Of a stretch of 59,284 bases of DNA, positions 26,645 through 35,786 are shown piece by piece. The stretch's first letter is position 1. Each line of letters begins with the position of its first letter. The DNA is from a virus (Duplodnaviria > Caudoviricetes), in IMG/VR virus record IMGVR_UViG_3300037119_007415, positions 1 through 59,284 of that record, one strand, 5' to 3'. The position numbers and the translations under genes are program-made. Below the pieces are notes generated by a model. It ran no database searches. It saw nothing but the letters and a program-made list of their open reading frames with translations, and had not been told where the DNA came from.

Positions 26645-27616
26645 CTAGAGCAACAGACTGATGGCCTCGGAGCTTCGCCACGCGGCCTTCCCGTCGAGCA
26701 CCGGGTAGATCTCCGCCGCGCACGTGCGCAGCCGTCCCCACGTGTCGGCCGTGGCCGACTCGACGATCGTCGACACGAGACGATCGGCGTCGCCGACCTG
26801 CGGGCCGGGGATGCACTCCCAAAAGCGCAGCCCGTGGTGGACATGCTCGCGCCAGTACGGCGGCTGCAACATCACGACGGGACGGTCGAGGGCGGCGAAC
26901 TCGTAGGCGACCGACGTGTTGTCGGCGACGAGCACGTGCGCACGGTCGAGGACGTCATCGGTGTCCCACCATTCGTAGCCGTTGCGCGTGCACCAGCCGC
27001 CGACTTCCTTGCGTGCCCGTGGATGGCACGTGACGACGGGACGCATCCCCGAGTGGACGAGCCTGCGTGCCGTCATCTGTAGGTCGGGCATGAAGTGTTG
27101 AAACGCCGACTGCAACTCGGGGATCGGTTCGCGGTGCGCCTTCCATGCGAAAGCGACGACGCCACGCTCGACCTCGTCGTGCATCCCGACGGCGAACATG
27201 TCGAGCCGTGCGCAACCGACGACGATGGCCAGGGCCTTCGGGTGCCGGTTCTGTCGACGTGCCGCTACGAAACGGTTGGGGCACAAGAAGAGTCGGGCGT
27301 TGCGGATCCTCCCGGTGGAGAACGAGTCGTGCTCGTACGTGCGGGCGTCGCCGTCGTACGTCTGGCCCGAGCCCCGCTCGACGAACACAACGGACTTCGG
27401 ATACACGGTCGCCGCGTCGGTCGCCGATGCGACGAGCCACACGTCGACGTCAGCCGACGGTGCCGTCTTCACGTCGATGCGGTACTCGGCGAAGCTCGCC
27501 GTCTTGTGGGGCGACACGATCGGGCACTCGATCCCTCGGGAACGAAGCTGCTCGACGATCGGGTACAGCGTCTCGAATGAATCACGGAGCGTTGCGAGGC
27601 AGGCAAGTTTGCGCAT
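26645..27616 (-). CDS. GT-B fold transferase, CDP-glycerol glycerophosphotransferase (TagF)-like
   Basis: VVGCARLD, HPR and VLVADNTSVAYEFAALDRPVV match the TagF-family D.SS..(Y/F)(D/E)F..L.RP motif. Confidence 0.75.
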   Translation of the reverse strand: MRKLACLATLRDSFETLYPIVEQLRSRGIECPIVSPHKTASFAEYRIDVKTAPSADVDVWLVASATDAATVYPKSVVFVERGSGQTYDGDARTYEHDSFSTGRIRNARLFLCPNRFVAARRQNRHPKALAIVVGCARLDMFAVGMHDEVERGVVAFAWKAHREPIPELQSAFQHFMPDLQMTARRLVHSGMRPVVTCHPRARKEVGGWCTRNGYEWWDTDDVLDRAHVLVADNTSVAYEFAALDRPVVMLQPPYWREHVHHGLRFWECIPGPQVGDADRLVSTIVESATADTWGRLRTCAAEIYPVLDGKAAWRSSEAISLLL

Positions 27617-27620
27617 GGCG

Positions 27621-27644
27621 TCACGTTACAACGCGCACATCACG
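27621..27644 (-). promoter_or_regulatory. Leaderless promoter of the transferase gene
   Basis: TAACGT lies 6 nt before the ATG; 21/24 identity with 57292-57315. Confidence 0.6.
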
Positions 27645-28395
27645 GCGTTGTGCCCGCTCCACGCAACCGCTGCGCGGCTTTCATCGGGTCGACGACGAAC
27701 GTCCGCGACACCTCGCCGTACTCGATCGACGAGATGAGCATGTCGATCTCGGGGATGCCGGTGCGGTGCTTCTCGAATATCGCATTCCAGTCGAACATCT
27801 GCATCGACACGCCGTTGCGCGTGATGGCCTGCACGGTCTTCGGCAGGCGGCACTCGCCGCAACGTGCGACCGACCACGCCAACGCGAACTCCCAGCCGAG
27901 CAACGTCGACGCGAGCTTCGCCGCTTGCGGTGCTTCCTCGCCCCACGTGTACGCGACGACACACGACGGAGGCTCGACGGTCGTGCCGAGACTGACGACG
28001 GGCCACGACGACCCGTCGAGCCGTACGACGTAGCGGCTATTCCGTAGCACGTACGTCGACGCGTCGAGCACGTCGTCGTTGATCTTCACCTCGTCGACGC
28101 TGCGCGCGTATCGCGCCGGGAGACGCAGCACGTTGCCCTGCCCCAGCGACGCGTTGACGACAGCGCCCGACGCGAGGACCGGCACCGGACGGCACCACGT
28201 CTCGTAGTCGCCGATCGTCCACATCGGCCGGTACGTGTCGTGGCATTCGCCGTGCCAACGTCGACGGAACAGGTTGAACAACACGGCGCCGCTGTAGCGC
28301 AGCGCCGAGTCGAGGACGTCGAGGTCGATCTCGGTCAGGTCGTACGACGACGGCAGATCGTCACGCGTCGACCATGGGGTGCATGGCTCGATCAA
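27640..28395 (-). CDS. Head-to-tail adaptor
   Basis: PC.PW...; V.EVKI....L....Y; R.DG..WP; C.LP..V..I.R.GVS; TGI.EID. Confidence 0.75.
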   Translation of the reverse strand: MIEPCTPWSTRDDLPSSYDLTEIDLDVLDSALRYSGAVLFNLFRRRWHGECHDTYRPMWTIGDYETWCRPVPVLASGAVVNASLGQGNVLRLPARYARSVDEVKINDDVLDASTYVLRNSRYVVRLDGSSWPVVSLGTTVEPPSCVVAYTWGEEAPQAAKLASTLLGWEFALAWSVARCGECRLPKTVQAITRNGVSMQMFDWNAIFEKHRTGIPEIDMLISSIEYGEVSRTFVVDPMKAAQRLRGAGTTP

Positions 28396-28718
28396 TCGAC
28401 TGCCCTCCGCTCGACGATCACCTGTAGCTCGTCCACCGCGTTGATCCCATCAGGCAGGGCGGACACGCCGACCCATGCGTAGATCCAGCGGCCGACGACG
28501 TCGGGCAGATGGGCGTACTCGAACACGCCCGGCCCGGTGTGCGCCATGTCGCCGTCGGTCGACGGGATCGTGATGTTGCCCCCGGCGTTGGGCGGAGGGT
28601 TGATCCGCAACTCGACCGTCGTGGGATCACCCGGCACGTTGGTCGGTGCACTCTTGAAAGCCGAGGTCACCACGATCCGCGTGCCCTGCTTGATGTGCTC
28701 GACGCCGTCGCTGCTCAC
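28392..28718 (-). CDS. Small Ig-like structural/adaptor protein
   Basis: DPTTVEL.I..P...G.G.F.Y......GRW.Y.W pattern. Confidence 0.6.
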   Translation of the reverse strand: MSSDGVEHIKQGTRIVVTSAFKSAPTNVPGDPTTVELRINPPPNAGGNITIPSTDGDMAHTGPGVFEYAHLPDVVGRWIYAWVGVSALPDGINAVDELQVIVERRAVD

Positions 28719-31700
28719 GGGGCCGAGGCTAGTTCGTTCACCGGGGTGGCCTCGATGACGATCGAGTCGGCCATGATCTGCGTCCCCGCCGCGTCGGCTG
28801 CGACCGACATGCCGGCACCGTCTGTTGCCACGGTGAACGTCGTGGAGTCCGCGGCGATGGCCATGTTCGCCGAGTCGGCCGTGATCGTGATCGTGACCCA
28901 CCACGACTCGCCGGTTTCGTGTACGACCTCGAGTACGTCGCCACGGGCCCCGAACGTGATCGGCGCGCGGCCGGTGAGGAGGACCGACGTCGTCAGCGTC
29001 TGGCCGCGGGCGTGGAAGCTCAGCGCGGCGCGGCCCGCCAGGACCAGGTCCCCGGTGTTGATCAGGCCACGGGCCGACACGACGAACGGGGCACGGGCGG
29101 CGAGGCCGCGGGTGATCGACGCCGCGGCTTCGGCGTCGACGACGATCGACGCCCGCCCGCCGAGGCTCACCGATCGACCGAGCGTGGCCTTCGCCGAGGT
29201 CGCCAACGGGACCTTCGCTTGCACCGCGAACGTGCGCAGCAACACGGCCCGCGCCGAGCTCGACGTGGCGGCGCGTCCGGCGAGACGCACCGCGAGCGAC
29301 ACCGAGGCTTTCGAGTTCACGGCGAGGCGGTGTCGTCCGGCGAGATCGACCTGCCCTTGCGTCGCCAGGTTGATGGCCTTGGCTCGCACGGCGAGGGGGT
29401 GACGGCCCGACAGGGCATACGCGGCCCGTGCGGATCCCTTCGCCGACACGACGACGGCGTGTTTTCCCGTCAGACCCGCTGAGAGACGCTGTGTGCCCTT
29501 CGCCGCGTACGACGTGGGGAATCGGCCGTCGAGCAGGCGCGTGGCCTGTAGGGCCGTTTTTGCGGACACGACAAGCGGGGCCCGTCCCGCCAGGCCGATC
29601 GACAACAGGACGGTCCCACGGGAGGACGTCGCCACGGGATGCTTCCCGGCGAGGACGACACCGCGGGACAGGGCCGAGGCCTTCGCCGACACGACGACCG
29701 GGAACCGCCCGGCCATCGGGATCACGATCGACACCTGTCCGGCCCGGGCGTTGATCACCGCCGCGGCGCGGCCGTCGAGCGGGATCAGCCGACCGAGTCC
29801 AGCCTTCGCCGACGTCGAGATCGGGTGACGCCCGGCTAGCAGCAGCGCGAGAGCGAGCGATGCCTTCGTGTTCGTGACGACCGGCGCGCGACCTGCCAGG
29901 CCTCGCGTCGTTGCGAGGGCTGTCGCTTTCGCATTGGTGGCCGTGGCCGCGCGGCCATCCAGCGGACGTGCCAGGCCGACCGAGGCCTTGGCACTCGAAG
30001 CGGTAGATGCTCGCCCATCAATCCTCCGTGTCGCCGACGCCGTGGCCTTCGCTGACGTCACCACCGGGTGCCGGCCGTTGAGAGCCCATGCCATCGACGT
30101 CGAGCCTTTCGCCGACGTGGCGAGGGGATGCTTCCCGGCGAGGCCGCGCAACGCGTCGAGCTTCGTGGACTTCGCCGATACCGCGACCGGGGACTTGCCG
30201 TTGAGCGTGACGATCCCGCCGAGGAGCCCTCGCGCCGATGTCGCCACGGGATGCTTCGCGCCGAGTCCTCGTGTGATCACGAGCGTCGCCTTCGCCGAGG
30301 TCGCCAACGCGTGTTTCCCGCCGACGCCTCGGGTCGCGTAGATCGTGCCCTTCGCCGACGTCGACGACGGGGCCTTCCCGACCAACGCCCACAACAGACG
30401 GAGCGAACCTTTCGCCGACGTCGCCGTCGGGTGCTTCCCGGCGAGAGCTTGCGCGGCCCCGGCGATGGCGACCTCGACGGCGACTGCGGTGTTGCCGTTC
30501 GCCGCGAGCCCCGACCATGTCGTCGTCTGTGCCGCCGAGAGCGGGTCGTACGCGGTTTTGCCGTCACCGGCTCCGCCGCCCGCGGCGTACGCGTCGACGA
30601 GGTTGAACCCGGACGGGAGTGTTGGCACACCGAACACCGAGAACGAGTCCGAGTAGACCCATGACGTCGCCGCGGGGGCAACGCCGAGTGACACGCCGAG
30701 GGTCGTGCCGGTCCCGGTGTTCTGCGCCTGTTGCACGACGATGGCCGGGCCGGTCACTTCCTCGAACGACGCCCACAGCGAACGGTCCGCGGATCCGCCC
30801 GGTGTCTCGGTCACGGTGATCTGACCCGCGGACGCGCCCGTGCCGACACGTCGCCAGGCGATGGCGCAGCCGACCCCGTACGAGAACACGTCGAGCGTCG
30901 ACTTCTGCACGGTCCACGCGGTGCCTCCGGTGTCACCGAAGTTGTCCGACGCCGTCCACGCAATCGCGGTGCCCGCTCCCGCGCATACACCTCCCATCAT
31001 CACGAGGAGCAACGAGCCCGCCGCGGGCGTGAAGCTCGCCGACGTCTCGACGTTGTCGGTCGTCGTCGCTTGTGTCTGGTACGTCGTGCCCCGGTCGACA
31101 CGGGCAATCGTTCCGCCGCCCCCGGCCGTGACGGTCAGGGCTGCTTTCGCCGAGGTCGCCAGGCCGTGCTTCCCACCGAGGGGCCGCGCCACGCTGATCG
31201 TGTTGGCTTTCGCCGACGTCGCCGTCGGGGCCTTCCCGGCGAGGGCTTGCGGCCCGCCGCTTGCACCGAGGTACTTCGTGTTGAGGTACGCGTAGACCTG
31301 TGCCCGTTCGCCCGACGTCAACGCCCGGTTGTAGATGACGAGGGCGCCGAGCGTGATCGGGCCGTAGACGGTGTTCTGCGCGCGGGCGAGACGCAGCACA
31401 CCGGTGAGGCCGCCTGTGTTCCCTGATGTCGACGTCGCCGGGGTGCCGTTGTTGATCGTCAACGACAGGTTCCCGCCCGTGTGCAACTGGTCGGCGATGT
31501 AGGCCGTGTTCGCCGCAATCGTGCGCGTCGCCGTCGTGATGGCGGTGTCCCAGTTGTACGCAATGGCCAGCGTGCTCGACGCCCGGAAGTGCAGGCCGCT
31601 GAAGGCGAGGGAGTCGCCCCACACCGTCGCGTTGTTGTACGCGGCGCCGTCGTCGGTCGGGAACGATGCGACCTTGAACACGGCGAAGATCTCGGCGTCG

Positions 31701-33136
31701 GCCGCGGTGATCAACGCCGACATGGCGGTGGCCGACTCCATGAAGTCATTGGTCCCGTCGAACACGACACCGGCCGCGCCGGTCGGGAACTGCGCGGCGG
31801 TGATGGCCGGGCGTGCTGTTGCGTCGGGCGTCTGTGTCACGGTGACGGCACCGAACTTTGACGCCCACGCCGACACCGGGGATCCCGTGACACCCGAGTC
31901 TGCTTCGAGCCACACTTTGAGTCCCGACACCGGGACGGCTGCGTTGAAGTTGTCGACCTGTACGTTCTGGCCTGCGGTGCCGTTGAACGTCGAGACCTGC
32001 GCGTACATCGGCGACGTCGACGTGAGCCACGCCGGGGTCGCGTTGCTCCACAGGTTCGCCCACGTGATGCCGTCTTGTGATCCGTCCCAGTAGACGGTCC
32101 CGGCTGTCTCTCGGATCCGTAGCCACGGAGGAGATCCGGCCGTTGCGTACGACCCCGACGCGCTGGTCGGTGTCGTCGCCGTGATCGACTGCGCCAGGAT
32201 CGTGTCGCCCGCTTTCGCGAACTCCAAGTAGTTGTTGTTGTCGAGCACGAGGTAGATGTGGAACTCGCCCGTCGCGTCGGCAGGCCACGACGTCACTTTG
32301 AGATAGACGGCCGACTCTTTGAGCGTGTACGCCGTCGCCGACAACACGCCGACGGCGGATCCGACGACCGACGGGATGATCAGCACGTCGTTCTGTGTGA
32401 CGGCGCCGACGACACCGCCCGCCCACTTCGCGGTGTCGATCGTCGTCCCGGTGAAGTCGTCGGCTAGCGCGGCCTCGAACTTCGCTTGCGTGACCGGCAC
32501 GAACGGCGGGATCACGAACGTCAGCGCGCGCCAGTTCGCCGACGTGTTCGTGAACGTGCCGGGGTTCTCCGTCGTCGCCGCCGACAACGCTTTCGTCGCT
32601 ACACCAAGGAACACCGACGACGTCGACGACGCCGACTCGGTGAGCGTGACCGTCGTGTAACCGGCCGGTGACGCCGTGAGCGTGTTCGCCGCCGTTAGCT
32701 GGTCGATGCACACCGCGGCGATGGCAAGCCAATCCTTCGCCGACCCCACGGTGATCGACGGCGGGTCTGCGTTGCCGGACCCGGTCGCAGCGGTTTGCTT
32801 GAAGATGTCGGTCGCGACGTTGACGACGCCGTGCTGCGCCGCGGGGATCCGGCCCATGATGAGCACGATGTCCTGCGCGACGCCGCCGTAGGTGACCGTC
32901 TCGTTCGCGGCGGTGGCGATGCGGGCGAAGACGTCGAGTCGGCCGGTGCCCGTCGAGATGGTGCCGCCGTCGATGAGCGTGTAACCCGTGGGTGTCGTCG
33001 GTGCCGTTGTCGTGTCCGACGAGGCGATGATCAGCAGCAGGTCGCCGATGGCGATACCCGCGGGTTCGTTGACGTTGAGCGAGGCACCCGTCGTTGCCGC
33101 GCTGACGGTGCCCCACGTGACGGTAGGGGCCGTCAT
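28715..33136 (-). CDS. Giant fibre/adhesin-like virion protein with LamG/lectin-like domains and tandem ~26-aa repeats
   Basis: 1473 aa, Ala/Thr/Gly-rich; DDF...IDTAKW, LKVWLEAD and IYNRAL...E...V..YL..KY (LamG-like); C-terminal repeats. Confidence 0.75.
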   Translation of the reverse strand: MTAPTVTWGTVSAATTGASLNVNEPAGIAIGDLLLIIASSDTTTAPTTPTGYTLIDGGTISTGTGRLDVFARIATAANETVTYGGVAQDIVLIMGRIPAAQHGVVNVATDIFKQTAATGSGNADPPSITVGSAKDWLAIAAVCIDQLTAANTLTASPAGYTTVTLTESASSTSSVFLGVATKALSAATTENPGTFTNTSANWRALTFVIPPFVPVTQAKFEAALADDFTGTTIDTAKWAGGVVGAVTQNDVLIIPSVVGSAVGVLSATAYTLKESAVYLKVTSWPADATGEFHIYLVLDNNNYLEFAKAGDTILAQSITATTPTSASGSYATAGSPPWLRIRETAGTVYWDGSQDGITWANLWSNATPAWLTSTSPMYAQVSTFNGTAGQNVQVDNFNAAVPVSGLKVWLEADSGVTGSPVSAWASKFGAVTVTQTPDATARPAITAAQFPTGAAGVVFDGTNDFMESATAMSALITAADAEIFAVFKVASFPTDDGAAYNNATVWGDSLAFSGLHFRASSTLAIAYNWDTAITTATRTIAANTAYIADQLHTGGNLSLTINNGTPATSTSGNTGGLTGVLRLARAQNTVYGPITLGALVIYNRALTSGERAQVYAYLNTKYLGASGGPQALAGKAPTATSAKANTISVARPLGGKHGLATSAKAALTVTAGGGGTIARVDRGTTYQTQATTTDNVETSASFTPAAGSLLLVMMGGVCAGAGTAIAWTASDNFGDTGGTAWTVQKSTLDVFSYGVGCAIAWRRVGTGASAGQITVTETPGGSADRSLWASFEEVTGPAIVVQQAQNTGTGTTLGVSLGVAPAATSWVYSDSFSVFGVPTLPSGFNLVDAYAAGGGAGDGKTAYDPLSAAQTTTWSGLAANGNTAVAVEVAIAGAAQALAGKHPTATSAKGSLRLLWALVGKAPSSTSAKGTIYATRGVGGKHALATSAKATLVITRGLGAKHPVATSARGLLGGIVTLNGKSPVAVSAKSTKLDALRGLAGKHPLATSAKGSTSMAWALNGRHPVVTSAKATASATRRIDGRASTASSAKASVGLARPLDGRAATATNAKATALATTRGLAGRAPVVTNTKASLALALLLAGRHPISTSAKAGLGRLIPLDGRAAAVINARAGQVSIVIPMAGRFPVVVSAKASALSRGVVLAGKHPVATSSRGTVLLSIGLAGRAPLVVSAKTALQATRLLDGRFPTSYAAKGTQRLSAGLTGKHAVVVSAKGSARAAYALSGRHPLAVRAKAINLATQGQVDLAGRHRLAVNSKASVSLAVRLAGRAATSSSARAVLLRTFAVQAKVPLATSAKATLGRSVSLGGRASIVVDAEAAASITRGLAARAPFVVSARGLINTGDLVLAGRAALSFHARGQTLTTSVLLTGRAPITFGARGDVLEVVHETGESWWVTITITADSANMAIAADSTTFTVATDGAGMSVAADAAGTQIMADSIVIEATPVNELASAP
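28950..30460 (-). repeat. Coding tandem repeat array (~78-81 bp period; L[AG]G[KR]HP[LV]ATSAKA)
   Basis: Recurrent CTTCGCCGAC/CTTCCCGGC on the + strand; roughly 19 degenerate units by eye. Confidence 0.8.
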
Positions 33137-33157
33137 CGGCGGTTACCTACGCACTCA

Positions 33158-33592
33158 TCAGTACGTGTCGCCTGGGTCACCGGCTTGGAAGATCAACGCT
33201 CCCGCGGCGAACGACGCGGTGTCGTTCGCGCCGATGGCTTTCGAGGTCGTCAACGCACCGAAGCCGATGTAGTCCGCGGTTGTCACACCGGAGATCGTCG
33301 CGCACAGCAGGAAGTGAGTGACCGTGCCCCATGAGCCGGTCGCCATCGGGAACGTCTTTACCGCCGAGTTGTCCTTCACCGCGGGTGTCGTCGCCGACGC
33401 CGCATTCCAGTCGGCAGCGACCGTTGACACCCGGGCGTACGCGTTGCCCGATGGTTCGGTGACCGAGCCCGCGGCTTCGGTCGGGGTCGTCGTCGACAGG
33501 CCGAGGTACAGCGTCGTGGCCGGTGTCCACGTCGGGTCGGTGAAGATGTGGTCGAGGATCTTCTGCTCGAACAGGTCGAAGAAACCGGGCAT
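33158..33592 (-). CDS. Phage fibre-associated structural protein
   Basis: LYLGLSTTTPTE.....EPSG..YARV...FP.ATGSWGTVTHF. Confidence 0.75.
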   Translation of the reverse strand: MPGFFDLFEQKILDHIFTDPTWTPATTLYLGLSTTTPTEAAGSVTEPSGNAYARVSTVAADWNAASATTPAVKDNSAVKTFPMATGSWGTVTHFLLCATISGVTTADYIGFGALTTSKAIGANDTASFAAGALIFQAGDPGDTY

Positions 33593-33601
33593 GTCGTGCT
33601 C

Positions 33602-33817
33602 CTACTCCGTGGCGGGCTGCTGCGTGTTGAGCAGCGCGACCTTGTCAGCCTTCGGTGCCGTCGTGTCGTCGCTGCTGTCGACGAAGTGATCACGATGCAG
33701 CTGCGCCAGGAAACGGTCGGGGATCTGGTCGATGGACAGCCCCGCGGGGACGGTCATCATGTTGCCGACGTCGCCCTGTGGGTCGGTCACCTGCACGTCA
33801 CGATTGACTACGAGCAT
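33602..33817 (-). CDS. Small hypothetical protein
   Basis: Coupled ORF, 71 aa. Confidence 0.55.
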   Translation of the reverse strand: MLVVNRDVQVTDPQGDVGNMMTVPAGLSIDQIPDRFLAQLHRDHFVDSSDDTTAPKADKVALLNTQQPATE

Positions 33818-34182
33818 CAGCCTTGTCCTCCACCGAGCGGGTCCGGGTTCTTGTTCGACGCTATGTGCAGCGACGGTTGCTTCGCGGTGTCGCTGTGGTC
33901 AAACGCCTTCTTGAAGTCGACGATGGCCCCGGTGCCGAGGCCCCAGATGAGCCCGAGGATCACGAGCGACGCGCCGTCCATGTCGTTGAGCGACTGACCG
34001 GCGCCGACGTCCCACGTCTTGGCGATGTCAGCGGCGGACATCAGGAAGGCCGCGCCGATCCCGACGATGGCGGCGAGGACCTGTGTGAGCAACGCACGGA
34101 AGTTCGACGCCGTCACGTTCTTCACCGCGTCGACCAGCTTCCACAAGGCACCCAGCAGTGCCAGATACGTGACCGTTTGCAT
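33817..34182 (-). CDS. Three-TM membrane protein (holin candidate)
   Basis: Three hydrophobic segments, charged C-terminus, strong RBS. Confidence 0.65.
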   Translation of the reverse strand: MQTVTYLALLGALWKLVDAVKNVTASNFRALLTQVLAAIVGIGAAFLMSAADIAKTWDVGAGQSLNDMDGASLVILGLIWGLGTGAIVDFKKAFDHSDTAKQPSLHIASNKNPDPLGGGQG

Positions 34183-34193
34183 GGCTGGCCTCC

Positions 34194-34859
34194 TTACGTT
34201 TGGACCGGGACCGTGACGTACGTCGTCCCGACTACGGGCAACGTCATCGCTGTGGGCAGATACAGGTACGCGGCGTTGCTCGGTGTCGCCACGGGCCAGT
34301 CGTTGAACGGGCCGTTCCCCCAGGCGGGGTTGTCGATGGCTGTGATCTGGAACGACGGCTGGATCTCGGACGCACCGAACGTGCCGGGCGTGTTCATGCG
34401 GAACTTCGTCACTCGTGGGAACACGTGCCAGCCGTACGGCCGCGCCGCGTGCGGCGCACCGGAGGCGTCAACGCGTCGTGTCCACATCTCGATCGACACA
34501 TGGAACGTGTAGTTCTGCGGACCGATCGGCGGGGCCGCCCACCCGATGGCTGCGGTGTCGGTGAGGATGGCGCCGGTCCCGAGGAACTCCATGACGTACG
34601 GGTCAGGCGTACACCACGTGATGTCGGCGGTGACGTTGTCGAACGAGTCCGGCGCGTCGTAGCGGACGCACGTGACGCCCGCGGCATTCGTCGCGCGTGT
34701 CTGCTCGCCGTCGGTGTAGTTGAGCGTCGGGTTCAATTCGACCAGGGCGTCGGACACGTACGCGTTGGATGCCCCCGGCAGGGCAGCCCCGGTGATCGGG
34801 TCGAGCCGCGCCAGGCGGGTACGGAGGACGTGCAGTTGACCGACGGGCTCGTTCGCCAT
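34194..34859 (-). CDS. Major tail protein
   Basis: RLARLD...G.......YVSD; NAAG..C; CTPDP; NPAWG.GPF; synteny after capsid genes. Confidence 0.75.
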   Translation of the reverse strand: MANEPVGQLHVLRTRLARLDPITGAALPGASNAYVSDALVELNPTLNYTDGEQTRATNAAGVTCVRYDAPDSFDNVTADITWCTPDPYVMEFLGTGAILTDTAAIGWAAPPIGPQNYTFHVSIEMWTRRVDASGAPHAARPYGWHVFPRVTKFRMNTPGTFGASEIQPSFQITAIDNPAWGNGPFNDWPVATPSNAAYLYLPTAMTLPVVGTTYVTVPVQT

Positions 34860-34868
34860 CGTGTGCTC

Positions 34869-35708
34869 CTACGGCGTAACGCCCACCCGGAGGTGAGCTC
34901 GGGACGGTTCGTGCATGACGAGGACGTCACGCTGGGCCCACGCCACCATCGTGTTGACGTCCCAGGCGAAGCCCTCGGTCGGCGGCGTGACACGAATGGG
35001 ACCGAGCACGATCTCGGGGATGGTCGTGCCGATGATCGACTGCGCGCCTGGCGCGTCGGCGTGGATCCCCGTGTATCCGGCGTCGCCGATGACGATGTGA
35101 CCCATCGGTGACACCCACACGTCGCCGTCTTTGCGGACGTGGCCGTTGAGCGTCGACAGCGAGAACACGAGCGGCGACATGTGCATCGCCCCCGGCGAGT
35201 TCGTCAACTCGACCGACAACCGTTGATCCATCTGCGCGATGGCGTGGGGCACGTCGTAGGGGCCACCAGCGATGGCGACGGCACCCGTGCGTGCCAACCA
35301 GACGTTGTTCGCCGCCGTGGCCTGGCTGATCACACCGGTCCAGAACTCCGCCGCAATCGACGCCGACTGCGTGTACTCGAGTAGCCGCCGTGCGCGGCCT
35401 TCCCAGTCGCGGGACTGGTCGAGCGACGAGCACCAGTCGAAGGCGTACACCTGAAACGGATAGGCGTCCTCGACGATCGGCTTGTCGTCCGCGCCGAGAG
35501 CGATGGCGGCGTTGGGCGCGCACGTCAACGCACGCGCCCCGTAGGCCTCGCTCGTCGTCGGGTGCGCCTCCGGTTCCCACTCGACGCCTCGACCCCACCG
35601 GGACTCGCCGGCACCTTCGGGTGTCGACACGGTGTTGAGCGTCTGCGCGGCGAGGAGTAGCCCTGCACGGGGTGCCCGTAGAGCGGGTGCATCTCGTACG
35701 TCAGGCAT
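34869..35708 (-). CDS. Second capsid protein (pentamer-type)
   Basis: GLL.AA...RW..GV.W, PF.VYA...CS, E...E.W.G and ..GAGY-like motifs; follows the large capsid gene as in cluster-B-like phages. Confidence 0.65.
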   Translation of the reverse strand: MPDVRDAPALRAPRAGLLLAAQTLNTVSTPEGAGESRWGRGVEWEPEAHPTTSEAYGARALTCAPNAAIALGADDKPIVEDAYPFQVYAFDWCSSLDQSRDWEGRARRLLEYTQSASIAAEFWTGVISQATAANNVWLARTGAVAIAGGPYDVPHAIAQMDQRLSVELTNSPGAMHMSPLVFSLSTLNGHVRKDGDVWVSPMGHIVIGDAGYTGIHADAPGAQSIIGTTIPEIVLGPIRVTPPTEGFAWDVNTMVAWAQRDVLVMHEPSRAHLRVGVTP

Positions 35709-35734
35709 CGTTTCCTCCCGGCTAGCCGTTGGTG

Positions 35735-35769
35735 GTGAGCGGCGGGTGCCAGCCAGCCCCGCCGCTCAC
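35735..35769 (-). terminator. Hairpin between the two capsid genes
   Basis: 12-bp stem GTGAGCGGCGGG/CCCGCCGCTCAC. Confidence 0.55.
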
Positions 35770-35786
35770 GCTCCATGCCGCCAGGT

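Noticed and set aside
28950-30460. CRISPR array or DGR repeat
   Set aside because: The repeats are degenerate, in-frame protein repeats without unique spacers; no cas or reverse transcriptase gene was seen.
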